A stretch of 64,000 nucleotides of DNA from an uncultured Actinomycetota bacterium (GTDB taxonomy: Bacteria > Actinomycetota > Actinomycetes > S36-B12 > UBA10799), in the NCBI GenBank assembly GCA_963733395.1, contig CAVTCZ010000005.1, positions 232,323-296,322 on the forward strand. Direction: 5' to 3'. Positions 47,163 to 59,384 of the stretch are shown in pieces. Below the pieces are notes generated by a model. It ran no database searches. It was not told the DNA's origin and saw only the letters and a program-made list of their open reading frames with translations. Made by a program: the position numbers and the translations under genes. Position 1 is the stretch's first letter. Every line of letters starts with the position of its first letter.

Positions 47163-47184
47163 TGTGATCTGCCTCACGTAGACT
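47163..47184 (+). promoter_or_regulatory. CRP-type box TGTGAtctgccTCACg followed by a TAGACT -10 for a leaderless DUF3039 transcript
   Basis: The box is at 47163-47178. TAGACT at 47179-47184 lies 7 nt upstream of the ATG at 47192, with no Shine-Dalgarno. The region is the 374-bp divergent whiB3/DUF3039 intergenic. Confidence 0.4.
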
Positions 47185-47191
47185 CATCCCT

Positions 47192-47467
47192 ATGGTTGCT
47201 TCGCATCCCCTGGACAGCCCCGATCTGACGACCGACACCCTCGTCGAGACCGACACCCAACTCGAAGAGGGGGACCACGAGCGGTTCGCCCATTACGTCA
47301 AGAAGGACAAGATCTTGGCCAGTGCGGTGCTCGGTGAGCCGGTCATCGCCTTGTGCGGCAAGGTCTGGGTACCCAATCGTGACCCCTCGAAGTTCCCGGT
47401 GTGCCCGCAGTGCGAGGCGATCTACAAGGGCCTGCCGATACCTGGTGACGACGGCGGGGAGCAGTGA
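47192..47467 (+). CDS. DUF3039-like conserved actinobacterial protein
   Basis: 91-aa ORF with HERFAHYVKKDKILASAVLGEPVIALCGKVWVPNRDPSKFPVCPQCEAIY (CxxC). Confidence 0.8.
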   Translation: MVASHPLDSPDLTTDTLVETDTQLEEGDHERFAHYVKKDKILASAVLGEPVIALCGKVWVPNRDPSKFPVCPQCEAIYKGLPIPGDDGGEQ

Positions 47468-47572
47468 CGCCCTCCCCGGGTGCGCACACGGAACCCTCGA
47501 TCGCCGGATATCGGATCTGGGACGGCGACACTCCCGGCGCGGTGATGGTCATCGCGGCGCGGGGGAGAGAAG

Positions 47573-48211
47573 GTGGTCTCGATGACAGCTGAGACCTCCC
47601 AGACGCTGGACCGCGGGTTGACCCTGCTGACCTTGTTGGCCGATCACCCGGAGGGGATGCGCGTCAGCGAGATCGCCACGGAACTCGGCATCGGCCGGAC
47701 CGTGGTCTACCGGCTCGTCGTCACGCTGGAGAAGCACGCCCTGCTGCGCCGAGCGGTGGACGGCCGCTGCCACGTCGGTCTCGGACTGATCGGTCTGGCG
47801 CGACAGGTGCAGCCGCTGCTGCGCGAGGCCGCCCTGCCGCCGTTGCGGCGACTGGCCGACACGACCACGGCAACCGCGCATCTGACGATCACCGACGGTG
47901 CGGACGGACTCGTCGTGGTCGCAGTGGCGGAACCCCCGCGGGCTGAGGTCTTCGTCGGCGTCCGGGTGGGTTCCCGATCCGGGCTCGAGGATACGGCGGC
48001 CGGTCAAGCCGTGCTGCTCTCGCGGCGCGGCGACAACCGCCCGGTGGTGGCTCCGGCCAGGGGTCCCGGGTCGGTGGCGTCGGCAGCCGCGGCGCTGTTG
48101 GTACCCGGGATCGAGGCGGTCGTCGGTCTCTACGTCCTGCAAGCCCCGGACGAAACCGTGCTCAGCGAGTTGGTGGCCGCGCGCGACGCGATCGCCAGTC
48201 GCCTGCGCTAG
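47573..48211 (+). CDS. IclR-family transcriptional regulator (short)
   Basis: The N-terminal wHTH is SQTLDRGLTLLTLLADHPEGMRVSEIATELGIGRTVVYRLVVTLEKHALL. A C-terminal effector-domain-like region is present. Confidence 0.75.
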   Translation: MVSMTAETSQTLDRGLTLLTLLADHPEGMRVSEIATELGIGRTVVYRLVVTLEKHALLRRAVDGRCHVGLGLIGLARQVQPLLREAALPPLRRLADTTTATAHLTITDGADGLVVVAVAEPPRAEVFVGVRVGSRSGLEDTAAGQAVLLSRRGDNRPVVAPARGPGSVASAAAALLVPGIEAVVGLYVLQAPDETVLSELVAARDAIASRLR

Positions 48212-49662
48212 CCGGCCGGGGGCTGGCCGGTTTGGGACGTCGGTCCCCAGCACCCGTTGACCGTGGCGATGAGCCCGTCGACGGCTTGCCGGGTCGACAG
48301 CGGGCTGTATTTCTGGGGGCGATCGTTCACCAGCGCCGAGAAGACCTTGAGTTCGCCGTCGGCGCCGCGGGTGTAGCCGGACAACCCGATGGTGTCGAAC
48401 AGTGTCCCCGTCTTCGCGCGCACCTGGCCGGCGGCGCACTTGCTGGGGCTGGTGGTGAAACGGGCGGTGCTCGGGGACAGCGTGCCCGTGCGCCCGCCGA
48501 TCGGCAGCGAGGCGAAGAAGCTGTTGAACTGCGGGTACTTGTCGGTCTTCAACGCCACTTGCAGCAGGTCGGTCAGGAACCGCGGGGTCAGGCGGTCGTC
48601 GCGCGACACACCGCTGCCGTCCAGCAGTTTCAGCCCGGCCGTGTCCAGGCCGAGTTCCCGCAGGCTGTCGCGGGCGGCGAGGCGACCCCCGGTGAAGGTG
48701 CCCTTGCGGCCGCGTTCCACGGCCACCTGCCGGAAGAGCATCTCGGCGATGTTGTTCTCGCTGACCTGCATCATGTAACGGACCTGCGCTGCCACCGTTT
48801 CGCCGGTGACCGCCGCAGCGCTCACAGCGTCCGGTGCGGCATCCTGGTGGCCGGCGGTCTTGGCCTTGACCCCGGTCGAGCGCAGGGCGGAGGTGAACAC
48901 CGCACCGGCCTCGCCGGCGCTGTCCCACTGGTAGACGCCGATCCGCCCGAGCGGACGCACCGGCCGCACGACGCTGGGCATGTAGGAGCCGGTCCACCCC
49001 GGCCCCCCCGTGGGCTTGCCGTAGAGCGAGTCGTCCACGTAGACCTTGACCGGTGGCTGCGTCTTGGGCGGGGTGACCATCGGGCAGGGGTTCTTGGTGG
49101 TGGATTTGCGGGTCTTGCCGGCCACGGTGCAGGTCTTGGGCCGGTAGTCGGGGGGTTGCACAGGGGTAGGCAGCATGTCGTTGGTCTTGAGGTACTTGGC
49201 GGTGGCCGACGCCAGTCTCGTCAACCCGCTGACCCCGAGGGTGGTGTCGCCGCCGCCGCGCAGGATGACGGTTCCGGGTTCCGGGACGACGGTGTCGGTG
49301 GTCATGCGGGTGTCCGGGCCGAGGACCCGCAGTGCGTTCAACGCCGTGACGATCTTCATGTTCGAGGCCGGACGCAGCGATGTCGTCGCCATCCGGGAGA
49401 AGACCGGCTCGCCGGATGACGCGTCCACCACGTCGAAGCCGAACGTGTTGCCGATGCGCGGGTTGGTGATCCGCAGCGGGATCAGGAACGCAATGGTCGC
49501 ATTGGCCTGGGCACTGGTCACCCGGGCGCTCAGTTCGGCCGTCGCCGCCGCCGCTGCCGCGTCAGCGCGTTCGGCCAGGGAATCGGAGTCAGCAGCGACA
49601 GCGGGGGAGGCGGTGCACAGCAGAGCCGCTGTGCATAGTCCGATCACGGTGCGCATGGACAC
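48208..49662 (-). CDS. dacB: D-alanyl-D-alanine carboxypeptidase/endopeptidase (PBP4, S13 family)
   Basis: Intact 484-aa ORF with a signal peptide and the motifs SNMK, SENN and KTGT in the correct order. Confidence 0.85.
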   Translation of the reverse strand: MSMRTVIGLCTAALLCTASPAVAADSDSLAERADAAAAAATAELSARVTSAQANATIAFLIPLRITNPRIGNTFGFDVVDASSGEPVFSRMATTSLRPASNMKIVTALNALRVLGPDTRMTTDTVVPEPGTVILRGGGDTTLGVSGLTRLASATAKYLKTNDMLPTPVQPPDYRPKTCTVAGKTRKSTTKNPCPMVTPPKTQPPVKVYVDDSLYGKPTGGPGWTGSYMPSVVRPVRPLGRIGVYQWDSAGEAGAVFTSALRSTGVKAKTAGHQDAAPDAVSAAAVTGETVAAQVRYMMQVSENNIAEMLFRQVAVERGRKGTFTGGRLAARDSLRELGLDTAGLKLLDGSGVSRDDRLTPRFLTDLLQVALKTDKYPQFNSFFASLPIGGRTGTLSPSTARFTTSPSKCAAGQVRAKTGTLFDTIGLSGYTRGADGELKVFSALVNDRPQKYSPLSTRQAVDGLIATVNGCWGPTSQTGQPPAG

Positions 49663-49858
49663 ACACGGTAACCCCCGGGCGACCGGGAATGGGGCAGACG
49701 GTGGCGCCTCCCCCCGTGAACCTCCGGGTATTGACCGAAAAACGGACGGGAACGCGAGTCATGGCCGCTGACGTCTACACTGTGAGTGACGCAGTTCATG
49801 TTTTCTGTGCTGCGTGTCGAAGCAGTGTGTGTACATAGAAGAAGCCTGGGGAGGCTCG

Positions 49859-51614
49859 ATGAAGCGCCGAGGCGTGGCTGTCGTTGCCGCGATGGCCGCT
49901 GGTTGCCTCACCGCGACCGCGGTGGCGCCTCTGTATGCCGCCGACGAACCCCGCCGATTCCTGTCCGGATGGTTGCCCTACTGGTCGACCGAGACGTCGA
50001 GCGCAAGCTTCCTCACCAACTCCGATCTCTTCAGCGACATCTCCCCGTTCTGGCACGACGCCCGGTGGGACGGGTCCAAGGTCTACCTCCACGACCATCT
50101 GTCTCCCACCGCTCGGGCTGCGGCGCTGGCCAAGTTGCGCGGTCAGGGAGTCAAGATCCTGCCGTCGATCACCGACGGCTCCGGCAAGGCGAACATGGCC
50201 AAGACGCTGGCCTCACCGGAGAAGCGGCAGGCGCACGTCCAGGACATCGTGAATCTGGTGCTCACCAACAGCTACGACGGCATCGATCTGGACTACGAGA
50301 CGTTCGCGTTCACCGACGGCAGTTCCACCTGGGCGACGACCAGGCCCAACTGGGTCGCCTTCGTGACTGAACTCGCCGACGCCCTGCACGCCGAGGGCAA
50401 GCTGCTGGCGGTCACGGTGCCACCGATGTACAACGCCAACCGGGACAGCACCAGCGGCTACTGGGTGTACGACTATGCCGGCGTCGGCAAGTCCGCCGAC
50501 CTGCTGCGGATCATGGCCTACGACTACTCGGTGGGCAGCCCCGGCCCGATCGCCCCCCTGGGCTGGGTGCAGAGGGTCGCAGCGTTCGCGCCGACGCAGT
50601 TGCCCGGCGCCAAGGTGCAGCTGGGAATCCCGGTCTACGGGCGCAACTGGTACACCGGCAAGACCGGCAAGTGCCCGGTCGGCCAGGACATCAAGGACAG
50701 CAACTTCTCGATGACGGCGGGCAGTGCGCTGGCATCACTTGCCGAGGACGGGGTGGCGCCCGACGAGATCAGCCGGGACGCCGTCCTCCGGGGAGCTCAC
50801 CGCTTCCTACGCGATCGTCTACAAGGGCCTCAACGCCAAGGGTGAAAAGACCGAGTGCACCGTTACCCGCAAGGCCTTCTTCGCCGACGCCAAGTCGGTC
50901 GCCGACCGGGTGCGGGTCGCCCGTTCGACCGGTCTGGCGGGGGCGGCGCTGTGGACCATCGGTGGCGAGTCGGCGGCACAGTGGCCGGCGGTCCGAGAAG
51001 CGGTGGGTGTCCAGAAGGCCACGCCCGGCGCCCGCAAGGGCGGCAACGTCAAGATCGGGGCGCCCCGGTTCATCACCCGCGGCCAGACCGGCTCCATCAC
51101 CGCGCAGGTGAGTGTCGACGGCAACGCCAGCGGTGGCGGGGAGGCGACGCTGCAGGCCAATCCGGTGGGCAAACCCGGATGGCGCGACGTGGACAGCAAG
51201 AAGGTGCCCAAGTCCGGGCAGGTCGTGTTCAGCCACTCGCCCAAGAAATCCGGTTCCTTCCGGGTGACGGTCTCGAGCACCGGTACCCGCAAAGCGGCGC
51301 GCAGCGCAACGGTGACCACCCGGGTCCGGGCCGCGGTCAGCGTGAACAGTTCCATCGTGGCGTTCACCGGCCAGAAGGTGCGGCTGACCGGGACCGTGAG
51401 CCCCGGCAAGCGCGGCGTGAAGGTCGTTCGGCAGCGGCTGGTCAAGGGCAAGTGGGTGACCTTCGGGCAAACCCGCACGAAAGCCGGGGGTGCTTACCGC
51501 TTCGACGTCATCCCGACGGTCAAGAACGGCAGTTACACGTATCGCGTGGTTTCAGCACCGTTCGCCGGCTTCGCCAAGGGCGTCAGTTCCACGGTGAGCT
51601 TCCGGTCCCGCTGA
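49859..51614 (+). pseudogene. Secreted GH18 (chitinase/YaaH-like) glycoside hydrolase with C-terminal Ig-like repeats, one frame change
   Basis: The ATG at 49859 gives MKRRGVAVVAAMAAGCLTATAVA. YDGIDLDYE (DxxDxDxE) is present. After ..APDEISRDA (~50783) the continuation SSGELTASYAIVYKGLNAKGEKTECTVTRKAFFADAKSV..LWTIGGE.. is in the frame of ORF 50724..51614. Confidence 0.7.
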
Positions 51615-51628
51615 GGGGTCGGGGGTTC

Positions 51629-51754
51629 GCAGCCGTTAGTCCGAAGGACAACGGTTAGTCCCGAGCACAGCCGTTAGCCGGAAGTCCGCGCATGGGACTA
51701 ACGCCTGTGCGCGGGGCTAACGCCTGTGCATGGGACTAACGCCGGTGCGCGGGG
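51629..51754. repeat. Inverted 3+3 array of a 19-bp-period motif (CGTTAGTCC / GGACTAACG)
   Basis: Forward copies are at 51633, 51652 and 51671 (CCGTTAGTCC, CGGTTAGTCC, CCGTTAGCCG). Reverse-complement copies are at 51694, 51713 and 51732 (GGGACTAACGCC, GGGGCTAACGCC, GGGACTAACGCC). The array lies between convergent genes. Confidence 0.65.
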
Positions 51755-51880
51755 CGAGTCCAGCGAAAGCCTCGAATCCGAAGACCCGCCCACACCGGTG
51801 TGACTCACCACGGCAGGGCCACTGTTTCCACCGCCTCAACCGACGGCCCCCGGCCAAGGCTCACCAGCGGCGGGGTGCCC

Positions 51881-53581
51881 TCACGTCCGCACGCACGACG
51901 TCGGCAGTTCGAACCAGCGCAGGTTGTCGAACTCCGGGCTCAGCCGGGCAGTGTCCGCCAACGCCGGCTCCGGGCGGTTCAAGAGCATGTCCTGCGCCTG
52001 CTGCAGGTATCCGGCCAGGGCCGACTCGTCGGCGGTGTCGTCCCGGTGGGGGTAGGTCAGGTGGCCGTCGACGTAGTGCAACTGGTCGAGCCGCAGCGGG
52101 GGCTCCACCGGGCCGAGCCGGTGGCGCCACAACCCCGACACCTGCTCGAACTGGTAGTCCTCGATCAACCGGTAGCCGTAGTCCGCGATGAGTTCGACGG
52201 CCGCGACGACGTAGCTGAAGACGGTCTCGGACACGAAGTAGTTGAAGTTGACCCGCACCCAGCCGGGCTTGATCCCCTCGCAGCCGCGGGCGATCTCCGT
52301 GGCCAGTTCATGTGAGCGCTCGAGGTCGATGCCCAGCAGTCGGTGACCGTACGGTCCGGCGCAGGAGCATCCGCCGCGGGCCTGGATACCGAACAGGTCG
52401 TTGAGGATGGCCACTGCCAGGTTGTGGTGCAGGAACATCGCGCCGGGGCGACGGATCACGAAACTCACGATCGACAGTCGCTGGGCCTGCGGGTTGCCCA
52501 GGATCTCGATGTGCGGATGGCGTTGCCAGGCCGCGATCGCCCGCCGCAGGAAGTCCTCCTCGTGGGCGCGGATGACCTCGGTGCCCACGGCTTGCTTGAG
52601 GTGGAACACCAGCCCGGCGCGGATGGACTCGACGATCGCCGGGGTGCCGGCCTCCTCCCGGTGCTCGATGTCGGGGAGGTACGTGTGGTCCTCGGGGTTG
52701 ACGAAGGCCACAGTGCCGCCTCCCACGGCTTCCGGGACGCTGTTGTTGACCACCTCGCGGCGGACGACCAGCAATCCGGGGGTACCGGGTCCGCCGATGA
52801 ACTTGTGCGGGGAGAGGAACACGGCGTCGGCGTAGGCGAGCTCGTCGGCAGGATTCATGTCGATCTCGACGTACGGTGCGGCGGCGGCGTAGTCCCAGAA
52901 CGCCAGCGCGCCGTGCTCGTGCAGGAGGCGGGAGATGCCGGCGGTGTCGGTGAGGATCCCGGTCACGTTGGATGCGGCGCTGAACGAGCCGATCTTCAGT
53001 GGCCGGTGCGCGTACTCGAGCAGGGCGGCGCGCAGGCCCTGGGTGTCGATGTGCCCGTCGATGTCCTCCGGGATGGTCACGACGGTCGCGAGGGACTCCC
53101 GCCACGGCAATTCGTTGCTGTGGTGCTCGTAGGGTCCGACGAACACCACAGGGCGTTCATCCACGGGGATGTGGTCGTGCAGGCCGAACTGCCGATCGAG
53201 GTCGGCGGGGATGCGGATGTTGAGCATGCCGACGAGTTTGTTGATGGCCGCGGTCGACCCGGACCCGCAGAAGATGACAGCGGCATCGCCGGCGTTCAGG
53301 GCATCGCGGATGATCCGGCGGGCGTCCTCCCGCAGCCGGGTCGTCTGCAGACCCGTGCCGGAGCTTTCGGTGTGGGTGTTGGCGTAGCGGGGGAGGACCT
53401 CGTCGCGGATGAAGTCCTCCAGGAAACCGAGTGCCCGACCGCTTGCGGTGTAATCCGCGTAGGTCACCCGGCGTGGTCCGTACGGGCCGTGCATGACCTG
53501 GTCGTCGCCGATCACCGCGTCCCGGATGGTCTGCAGGATGGGGGGCTGGGGCAAGCCGGGGTCGGGCGCGGGCAGATCCAT
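51881..53581 (-). CDS. Large class-V-fold PLP-dependent enzyme (cysteine desulfurase-like) of unknown function
   Basis: Intact 566-aa ORF with YADYTASGR, HHSNELPW, LSPHKFIGGPGTPG (PLP lysine context) and GGCSCAGPYGH. Confidence 0.8.
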   Translation of the reverse strand: MDLPAPDPGLPQPPILQTIRDAVIGDDQVMHGPYGPRRVTYADYTASGRALGFLEDFIRDEVLPRYANTHTESSGTGLQTTRLREDARRIIRDALNAGDAAVIFCGSGSTAAINKLVGMLNIRIPADLDRQFGLHDHIPVDERPVVFVGPYEHHSNELPWRESLATVVTIPEDIDGHIDTQGLRAALLEYAHRPLKIGSFSAASNVTGILTDTAGISRLLHEHGALAFWDYAAAAPYVEIDMNPADELAYADAVFLSPHKFIGGPGTPGLLVVRREVVNNSVPEAVGGGTVAFVNPEDHTYLPDIEHREEAGTPAIVESIRAGLVFHLKQAVGTEVIRAHEEDFLRRAIAAWQRHPHIEILGNPQAQRLSIVSFVIRRPGAMFLHHNLAVAILNDLFGIQARGGCSCAGPYGHRLLGIDLERSHELATEIARGCEGIKPGWVRVNFNYFVSETVFSYVVAAVELIADYGYRLIEDYQFEQVSGLWRHRLGPVEPPLRLDQLHYVDGHLTYPHRDDTADESALAGYLQQAQDMLLNRPEPALADTARLSPEFDNLRWFELPTSCVRT

Positions 53582-53652
53582 GCCGACACGGTACTGCGGG
53601 ATCGGCAGGGACCACTGCGGACACTTCCGGCCCGGTCAGTGGGAGAATCACC

Positions 53653-53940
53653 GTGATGAGCGTCGCACCCGTCGAACTGGAGTCCACGGACACCGAGGTC
53701 GCCCCGGCTTCCCCTTGGGTGTGCCTGGTGTGGAATGACCCCATCAACCTCATGAGTTACGTGACGTACGTTTTCATGCAGTACTTCGGGTATACGCGGG
53801 AGAAGGCGGAATCGCTGATGTGGGACGTCCACACCAAGGGCCGGGCGGTGGTCAACGCCGGCTCCCGGGAACAGATGGAACGCGACGCGACGGCCATGCA
53901 CGAGTACGGGTTGTGGGCCACTGTGCAGAAGGACGACTAG
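53653..53940 (+). CDS. clpS: ATP-dependent Clp protease adaptor ClpS
   Basis: WVCLVWNDPINLMSYVTYVFMQYFGYTREKAESLMWDVHTKGRAVV is present. The start is either the GTG at 53653 or the ATG at 53656, after GGGAGAA. Confidence 0.9.
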   Translation: MMSVAPVELESTDTEVAPASPWVCLVWNDPINLMSYVTYVFMQYFGYTREKAESLMWDVHTKGRAVVNAGSREQMERDATAMHEYGLWATVQKDD

Positions 53941-54461
53941 TGGGCCGGCCGTTCAAGTTCAAGAAGGGCAACCTTGTGGCCCGGCTCAGTGGCCAGGAGC
54001 GGCGGGTGCTGGAGTTCGTGTGCGACGAACTCACCTTGTTGTTGTCCGATCCCGCGCCAGATCCGGACGTCCCGGAATGGGCCCGCGAGCTGGGCCTGGG
54101 CGGCATGGGGGAGTCGCGGCAGCCGCCGCAGGACCCCGTCGTCGCACGGCTGTTGCCGAGCGCCTACGAGGACCCGGAGCGGGCCTCGGAGTTCCGCCGG
54201 CTCACCGAGGCCGGGCTGCGGGCCACGAAGTTGGCGCACATCGCCGCGGTGCGCGAGCAGTTGCAGCACGACCCGATAGTGATCACCGACGATGTCCGGG
54301 CCTGGATGGCGTACCTGGCCGACGCCCGGCTGATGCTGGGCACGCGGTTGGAGGTCACCGAGGACGACCCGATGCTGCCCAGCGACGACCCCGAGCGCAA
54401 CCTGTACGTGTACCTCGGCTACCTGCAGCAGTCGCTCGTGGAGGAGTTGATGGGGCACTGA
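53940..54461 (+). CDS. DUF2017-like protein (conserved clpS neighbour)
   Basis: The GTG at 53940 overlaps the clpS stop. The 173-aa acidic protein has SAYEDPERASEFRRLTE. Its position after clpS matches the conserved actinobacterial order. Confidence 0.8.
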   Translation: MGRPFKFKKGNLVARLSGQERRVLEFVCDELTLLLSDPAPDPDVPEWARELGLGGMGESRQPPQDPVVARLLPSAYEDPERASEFRRLTEAGLRATKLAHIAAVREQLQHDPIVITDDVRAWMAYLADARLMLGTRLEVTEDDPMLPSDDPERNLYVYLGYLQQSLVEELMGH

Positions 54462-54539
54462 GATGTTCTGTGATGGACGGGCACCTGAGTTGCGTGTGGG
54501 TCACAAAGATCGGGGGCGGCGCCCCGGCACAATGGGGAG

Positions 54540-54955
54540 GTGCTGACCATCCGCCGCGACCTCGTCGACGCCATGATCGCCCACGCCCGCGCCGACCATC
54601 CGGACGAGGCCTGCGGGGTCATCGCCGGGCCAGTCGGCAGCGATGCGCCCACCCGCTTCGTCCCGATGGTCAATGCCGCGCGCTCGACGACCTTCTACGA
54701 GTTCGACTCCGGGGACCTGCTGCGGCTGTACCGCGAGCTGGATGCCAACGACGAGGAGCCGGTGGTGATCTACCACTCGCACACCGCCACGCAGGCCTAT
54801 CCATCACGCACCGACGTCAGCTACGCCTCCGAGCCGAACGCCCACTACGTGCTGCTGTCCACCCGTGAGCCCGACACGACCGAGGTGCGCAGCTACCGCA
54901 TCATCGACTCAGAGGTGACCGAGGAGATGCTCGAGATCATCGAGTCCGTACCCTA

Positions 54956-54956
<1 letters not shown>
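54540..54956 (+). CDS. mec: JAMM/MPN+ metalloprotease Mec (CysO-cysteine peptidase)
   Basis: EACGVIAG and the JAMM motif HSHTATQAYPSRTD are present. It lies directly upstream of cysO-cysM. Confidence 0.85.
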
Positions 54957-56986
<2,030 letters not shown>

Positions 56987-56990
<4 letters not shown>

Positions 56991-57733
56991 AACTGACCGT
57001 GGTGGGGTGGGCCGGGTCGTTCCCGGGACCTGAGAGCCCGGCATCGTGCTACCTGGTCGAGCATGAGGATTCCCGGATCCTGTTGGACCTCGGCAACGGC
57101 TCCTTGGGGGCGCTGCAACGTTACGCGGACATCTACGCGGTGGACGCGGTGTTCCTGTCGCACTTGCATGTCGACCATTGCATCGACCTGTGCTCCTACT
57201 ACGTGGCGCGCAAGTACCACCCCGGGGGAGCCGCGGCGCGGATACCGGTGTTCGGGCCCAAGGGGACTGCCGACCGGATGGCTGCGGCCTACGGCCTGCC
57301 CGCCAAACCCGGCATGCATGACGAGTTCAACTTCATGCGTCATGAGGCCGACCCCACGGTCGTCGGGCCGTTCACGATCGAGACCGCCCGGGTGGCGCAC
57401 CCGGTGGAGACCTACGGCATCAAGGTCACTGCTGGCGGCCGGTCGCTGGTCTACTCCGGCGACACCGGGCCCACCGACGCCCTGGTGGACCTGTCGCGTG
57501 GAGCCGACCTGGCGCTGTACGAGGCGTCGTTCGTCGAGCGCCCGGACAATCCCACGGACCTGCACCTCACCGGCGCGCAAGCGGCCGAGCACGCGATGCG
57601 GGCCGGTGTCGGGCGGTTGCTGCTGACGCACCTGGTGGCGTGGAACGACAGTGAGCAGGTGCGGGCCGAGGCGGCCGCGGTCTACGACGGGGACCTGCAT
57701 GTGGCTTCCGACGGGCTGCAGGTCGAGATCTAG
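56987..57733 (+). CDS. MBL-fold metallo-hydrolase
   Basis: Intact 248-aa ORF with LSHLHVDHCIDL (HxHxDH). Confidence 0.8.
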
Positions 57734-57780
57734 GCAGCGCAGCGCTGCGCGCCAAACCAAGATCATTCAGCCTTACCGGC

Positions 57781-57830
57781 GAACGTTGGGCCGTTTCCGG
57801 CCACCGATGGCCGGAAACGGCCCAACGTTT
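57781..57830 (+). terminator. Perfect 22-bp-stem hairpin with a T-tract (palindromic element family member 2)
   Basis: The stem is aacgttgggccgtttccggcca / tggccggaaacggcccaacgtt with the 4-nt loop ccga. It runs into TTTT (57828-57831), 48 nt after the MBL gene stop. It is related to 13172-13221. Confidence 0.6.
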
Positions 57831-57964
57831 TCAGGCGCGGACCGGTGGAGCCCGGTCGTCGGAGTCAGGGCACCGGGATTGGCCTCACGGCACTCCCATG
57901 ACGGGGCCGGCGAAGGCCGCCGCCGCCCGAATGTGAGGATCGCCCCGCCAGTACAGTCGTGCCC

Positions 57965-58764
57965 ATGTCCCGAACTGATGGCCGAGCCGCCGACGAATTG
58001 CGCCCGATCCGATTCCACCGTGGGTGGCAGGACAACGGCGAGGGATCCTGCCTGGTGGAATTCGGGCGTACCCGGGTGCTGTGCGTGGCGTCCTTCGCCG
58101 CCGGCGTCCCGCGCTGGCGCAAGGAGTCCGGCCACGGTTGGATCACGGCCGAGTACGCGATGCTGCCGCGGTCCACGGACACCCGCGGTGCGCGGGAGTC
58201 GATCAAGGGCAGGCCCGGCGGTCGCACCCAGGAGATCTCCCGGCTTGATCGGCCGGGCGCTGCGGGCGGCCGATCGACGATGCGGCGCTGGGGGAGAACA
58301 CCATCCAGGTCGACTGCGACGTGCTGCAGGCCGACGGTGGAACCCGGACGGCAGCCATCACCGGCGCCTACCTGGCGGTGGCGGATGCCTGCGCGTGGGC
58401 GCAGACGCAGGGGCTGCTCAAGAAGTGGCCCCTGCGCCATTCGGTGGCGGCGGTCAGCGTGGGAGTCGTGGACGGGGAACCGCGTCTGGACCTGCACTAC
58501 GACGACGACGTCAACGCAGACACCGACATGAATGTGGTGATGACCGGCGACGGACGGTTCGTCGAGGTGCAGGGCACGGCCGAGGGGGAGCCCTTCGAGC
58601 GGGCGGTGCTCGACGAGTTGCTGCAACTGGCGGTCACGGGCTGCGCGGAACTGACCGAATTGCAGCAGGCCGCGCTGGCCGCCGAGGGCCCGACCCGGGG
58701 ACGGCTCATCGACGGCAGCCCGGCGACTGTGGCCCAGGGGGCGGTCCCGGGTGGTGCCGGGTGA
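57965..58764 (+). pseudogene. rph: Ribonuclease PH, two frame changes
   Basis: [48 protein letters not shown] is in frame 1. LIGRALRAA is in frame 2. [51 protein letters not shown] is in frame 3. The junctions are at ~58244 and ~58272, each one extra base. Confidence 0.8.
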
Positions 58765-59375
58765 CCATCGTCCTGGCGACCCGCAACCGCAACAAGGTCG
58801 CGGAACTCGGGCACATCCTGGCCGATGCGGGCCTGGATGAGGAAGTGCTGGATCTCGATGACGTCCACGTCCCCGACACCCGGGAGACCGGTGTGACCTT
58901 CGCGGAGAACGCCCTGCTCAAGGCCCGCGCCGCGGTGGCGCAGACAGGTCTGCCGGCCATCGCCGATGATTCCGGTCTCTGCGTGGACGTGCTGGGGGAG
59001 GCCCCCGGGGTCTTCTCGGCGCGCTGGTGCGGACACCATGGCGACGACGCGGCCAGCCTGCAACTGCTCCTCGACCAACTGGCCGATGTTCCGGTCGAGC
59101 ACCGCGGGGCGCGGTTCGTCTGTGCCGCCGTCGCGGTGTGGCCCGACGGCCGGGAGGCCGTGGCGCTCGGCGAGTTGCGGGGAGTCCTCACCTACGAACC
59201 GCGCGGCGACCACGGCTTCGGCTACGACCCGATCTTCGAGGTGCAGACCCCCGACGGTCCGCGCACGACCGCCGAGCTCGACCCGGCAGCCAAACATGCG
59301 ATCAGCCACCGTGGCCGGGCGTTCCGGGAGTTGGTGGCGCGACACCTGGTGGCAGGTGGGACAGCGCCCACTTAG
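58761..59375 (+). CDS. rdgB: Non-canonical purine NTP pyrophosphatase (RdgB/HAM1 family)
   Basis: The GTG at 58761 is in a GTGA overlap with the rph stop. [29 protein letters not shown] and ISHRGRA are present. Confidence 0.85.
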   Translation: MTIVLATRNRNKVAELGHILADAGLDEEVLDLDDVHVPDTRETGVTFAENALLKARAAVAQTGLPAIADDSGLCVDVLGEAPGVFSARWCGHHGDDAASLQLLLDQLADVPVEHRGARFVCAAVAVWPDGREAVALGELRGVLTYEPRGDHGFGYDPIFEVQTPDGPRTTAELDPAAKHAISHRGRAFRELVARHLVAGGTAPT

Positions 59376-59384
59376 GGTTGCCCC

